A DNA stretch of 63,882 nucleotides, filler included, from Polymyxa betae A26-41 (Eukaryota; Protista; Endomyxa: Phytomyxea): assembly GCA_003693705.1 (NCBI GenBank). It is 4 parts of 4 records of this genome, joined end to end, with 100 filler letters (N's around TTAATTAATTAA, not from the genome) between each part and the next. Parts side by side here need not be neighbours in the genome. Positions count along the whole stretch, not along the records: positions 58,922 to 63,882 come from RBZT01000521.1; 3 more parts are not named here. The stretch is one strand, 5' to 3'. The notes beneath the pieces are model-generated. The model did no database searches, was not told where the DNA came from, and was given only the letters and a program-made list of their open reading frames with translations. Position 1 is the first letter of the stretch. Every line of letters begins with the position of its first letter. Below are positions 62,950 to 63,882 of this stretch, in pieces. The position numbers were made by a program, and so were the translations under genes.

Positions 62950-63882
62950 GATTCCTGTTGCTTTAACTTTAGAAACTCTTTGCTCTCCTGCGATTCAGGA
63001 TTCATTAAAAACAGTGAAAATGTAAAGCGTTCCTTCAGAAAAGCAGTCATTTCTTCGGCATTGTCTGCCATTCGTTTGTAATAAGCGGCCCGTTCGGGAT
63101 TGGATGTTGAAGAGGTTTAAAATTTCAGTTTCTTAGCCGCCTTCTTTCCGATCCCAGGGCGAGGTGTCATTTTCAAAGATCTTCTGGAAGAAGATGACCC
63201 TCGATTTTGCATATCTTGGGACACTAGACCCGTTTCTTCTTGGTTTATTGGTTCTTCTTCATCTTTGTCCAATTCGAGGCTTTTTTCATTTGTTGAGACA
63301 TTTCGTTAATGTTAATGCAAAACTTGGGCAGATTTTTTACCTGCATCCAGCTGAGCTCGTGTGAGAATGGTTTGCCGGTATCGGTTTGAAAATACTGTTT
63401 TGCCAGAGTCATGTGATTTTCCATCGACCACCCAGAATGGTGTTCCCCAACAGCTTTATCCATGCAGGCTGTGAATTTCAGCAGAGCCCTTGGAATAGTG
63501 TTGGTCCAGCGATTACGGATAGCACTGGCCGAACGATCTTGGACAGTAGCGTCTCCCATCAGCTCAGCGAATCGACTATTAATTTTGCCATAATATGTAT
63601 CAGAGTCCTGAACGGTACCGACTGAAACATTTGTCGTAACATCTTTGTAGGCGATTGTGATATTCAGGTCCTCCAGCGGTTGAAAGTTGTTCGCTTCACT
63701 CATGATTACAATTCGTCAAGTAGTCAGATGATGTCGCAAATTTACCACGCAGTTTGACGAATCTTCAAATCTGAATGTGTATATAGAATTCAACGACGTC
63801 GCGCTGGACGCAAATTTCGCTATCGTTATCGTCAAATTTAGTGATAGCGATAACGATAACTGCGCTCCGCTATACATGCTCT
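62950..63882 (-). mobile_element. PIF/Harbinger end with NAM-associated/Myb-like accessory gene (63245..63703)
   Basis: FQPLEDLNITIAY...RSASAIRNRW...SGWS...KPFSHELSW..VKNLPKF. The window ends in TATACATGCTCT, a Tourist-like AGAGCAT terminus on the minus strand. Confidence 0.7.

Overview
Eukaryotic genomic window (about 45% GC by eye; short GT-AG introns). It is most consistent with a plasmodiophorid/Phytomyxea-like plant-parasitic protist, which is an inference from gene content and TT(T)AGGG repeats. It consists of four contigs joined by artificial 100-nt spacers (N...TTAATTAATTAA...N) at 23395-23494, 43571-43670 and 58822-58921, so adjacency across them is not evidence. Contig A carries a BTB gene, a 7.2-kb multi-exon TmcB/TmcC-like PAS membrane protein gene, a secreted ankyrin protein, another secreted protein, decayed LINE/Copia/Gypsy/DIRS retroelement debris and tRNA-Pro(AGG). 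Contig B is almost entirely nested mobile DNA: a SWIM/MULE-like gene split by a 7.8-kb CACAG-ended CMC/EnSpm-like element, a PIF/Harbinger element with both ends, and a convergent pair of an intron-containing tyrosine recombinase and a SET-domain methyltransferase gene (candidate Crypton-like element carrying a chromatin writer). That pair is itself interrupted by a pogo element with a HIRAN-like passenger gene. Contig C holds a Harbinger remnant and a dense island of six signal-peptide genes (candidate effectors), including a RING-H2 E3 ligase and a protein with a tandem Cys-rich domain. Contig D holds Harbinger and integrase-core transposon remnants. Host genes carry telomere-like repeats near intron acceptors and over-represented palindromic motifs (CGGASTCCG, GTAAC/GTTAC clusters).
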